DNA of 64,000 nt from a virus. A program made the translations under genes and the position numbers. Of the stretch, positions 62,557 through 64,000 are shown one piece after another; within the stretch, counting starts at the first letter, position 1; every line of letters begins with the position of its first letter. The stretch lies in IMG/VR virus record IMGVR_UViG_3300037511_000475. One strand, written 5' to 3'. The notes beneath the pieces are model-generated. The model searched no databases. It had not been told where the DNA came from and saw only the letters and a list, made by a program, of their open reading frames with translations.

Positions 62557-62867
62557 TGGCAACGATTGACACAGCAAGATTAGATGCAGCGCTGCAAGCC
62601 AAGTTAATCAAGCGATCGCTCAAGCCAGAGCAAAAGTTATTTCTTCATCCTTCGGTGGTTACGGTGTGTGAGCTGCTTGAGGCGATCGCCTCATCTGGCA
62701 AGGATGGCTTAAGCGTTGAACAATTGAGCGATCGAGTTGGCATTCATCCCAATACGGTGGCACAGTACACCCGATGGCTGATTCAAAATAATTTGATACG
62801 ACTGGATTTTGAAATAACAGAAACAAGCGATCGCCGCAAACGAAGAAATGTTTATATTGCCGCATAG
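62556..62867 (+). CDS. winged-helix DNA-binding protein
   Basis: LLEAIA...GLSVEQLSDRVGIHPNTVAQYTRWLIQNNLI. Confidence 0.75.
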   Translation: MATIDTARLDAALQAKLIKRSLKPEQKLFLHPSVVTVCELLEAIASSGKDGLSVEQLSDRVGIHPNTVAQYTRWLIQNNLIRLDFEITETSDRRKRRNVYIAA

Positions 62868-62872
62868 CGATC

Positions 62873-62905
62873 GCCCCAGCCTCTACTCCGGTAGGGGCTT
62901 TTTCA
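62873..62905 (+). terminator. intrinsic terminator
   Basis: GCCCC.....CTAC-TCCG-GTAG-GGGC-TTTTT. Confidence 0.55.
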
Positions 62906-62967
62906 TGCAACAAAAAACTCACCCCGCAAAGAGTGAGTTAAAGATGGAACGCAAACTTGTTTACAGC

Positions 62968-63561
62968 TTAGCCTGCTTTACGTTGGCTCAGAGCATCCAG
63001 CGCACGGCAATACTGCTCGATATGCAAGGGAAAGTGCTTTTGCCGATGGCTGATCAAGTCGGGAATTTTTTTGTAGAGCGATCGCAGCCCTACCCCTACA
63101 TAGCCACGCTTCTCAAGCAGGGCAGGCAGTTCCTTAGTACGCACCCAGAAACGGCCTACCCCTGGCTTCATTTCTTTGGAGCCGATCGCCCCTTCCAGGA
63201 AATCACCCACTAAAAGTGGTTTGTTGGGAATTAGCTGATGATTGATAATCCACCAGAGCTCATCATCGGAGGGTAGCGGCTTGCGAGGGCTCAGCGGTTC
63301 GAGGGTTTCGGGGTCAATGCGAGTGTAGGCGATCGCCAACAACACGATCGCTTGCCCAATGGATAGTTTTGTGGCGTGTGGTCTGACCAGTGAGGTGGCA
63401 TCTGGTGCATCCCAGCGTGGTAGCCGCTTCCAGTTTGACCAGGTACGCCACGACAAGCCACGCTTGCACATCTGGTTGGCAAGGTCGAACACCTCCCTAT
63501 CGTCTAGCCGGAGTTCGGGATTTCTTTGATCCAGTGTCTCTAAGATTTGTTGCAACTGCAT
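62968..63561 (-). CDS. hypothetical protein, possible DNA-binding
   Basis: MQLQQILETLD... from ATG 63561. Confidence 0.6.
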   Translation of the reverse strand: MQLQQILETLDQRNPELRLDDREVFDLANQMCKRGLSWRTWSNWKRLPRWDAPDATSLVRPHATKLSIGQAIVLLAIAYTRIDPETLEPLSPRKPLPSDDELWWIINHQLIPNKPLLVGDFLEGAIGSKEMKPGVGRFWVRTKELPALLEKRGYVGVGLRSLYKKIPDLISHRQKHFPLHIEQYCRALDALSQRKAG

Positions 63562-63916
63562 AAGCCAACACCTTGAAGTTTGCGCGTAATTTGTTTGTGA
63601 AAGTTTCTGTGTTGTGGTTTCCCAGCTTTGGATCCTGCTTATCTTTGATCCAGTTCTTTGGGTGATGGGCGATCGCATGGCACCCTTCACACATGGGAAA
63701 AACGTCTCTTCCTGGAACTTCACCACCGGCTAGTGCGCGATCGCCTGCCTTGTAATAACAGTGGTGAACTTCGGTTGATTTCCGAATCATGCACAGTGTG
63801 CAGCGCCCGTGAGTGAGGGAATGGGCGAAACGGGTTACTTGCCGCCAGTTATCAGCGTAGCGATCGCCCCAATTGATGTCGCTGTTAAACCGTGGCTTAG
63901 GCTTGCGTTTCGCCAT
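63497..63916 (-). CDS. HNH endonuclease
   Basis: NWRQVT...RCTLC...TEVHH...FPMCEGCHAIAH. Confidence 0.85.
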   Translation of the reverse strand: MAKRKPKPRFNSDINWGDRYADNWRQVTRFAHSLTHGRCTLCMIRKSTEVHHCYYKAGDRALAGGEVPGRDVFPMCEGCHAIAHHPKNWIKDKQDPKLGNHNTETFTNKLRANFKVLAYAVATNLRDTGSKKSRTPARR

Positions 63917-64000
63917 TAATTAACACCCACAGGTAGTTCAGGGTTTCGCCTTCTTCAACCCATACCCCAGTTAAGTCGTAAAACTCTTGCTGTAGTTCAG

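Noticed and set aside
62848-63213. + strand 121-aa ORF
   Set aside because: Starts upstream of a + strand terminator and overlaps the more protein-like minus ORF 62968..63561
1-64000. CRISPR array, tRNA, rRNA, integrase, transposase, reverse transcriptase/DGR
   Set aside because: No regularly spaced repeats, cloverleaf or T-loop motifs, RHRY or serine recombinase motifs, DDE motifs or YxDD motifs were recognised by eye

Overview
The whole window is one cyanobacterial temperate-type siphophage (prophage or phage-plasmid), with no clear host housekeeping genes. The cyanobacterial assignment rests on very dense HIP1 octamers (GCGATCGC, about 3 per kb by hand count in the first 6 kb), a cyanobacterial-type LexA DNA-binding domain and an NblA-like gene. 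Virion genes are lambda-like but scrambled: terL at 3 kb, portal on the minus strand at 17 kb, protease/decoration/capsid/tube at 19-23 kb, an inverted head-tail adaptor, a G/GT chaperone with a -1 slippery site, a 3349-aa tape measure carrying M23 and lytic transglycosylase domains, gpM/L/K/I/J-like tip genes, two fibre genes, and terS at 49 kb. Replication and nucleotide genes include an RHH plus primase-SF3 helicase pair, a double-OB SSB, a RuvC-like resolvase, a clamp-like protein, ThyX, dCTP deaminase and a MazG-like domain. The most notable observations are: (1) a stand-alone EAL phosphodiesterase with its catalytic motifs intact; (2) NblA-like and LexA-DBD-only host-mimic genes; (3) three genome-wide cis motifs, namely 21 copies of the palindrome TGTATTG-N5-CAATACA, 4 copies of AAAAASTCACGG before structural genes, and 7 copies of AATCACCTAATTC; (4) three dispersed copies of an origin-like element. 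No integrase, tRNA or CRISPR array was seen. All family assignments come from motif recognition by eye and from memory; no searches were run.
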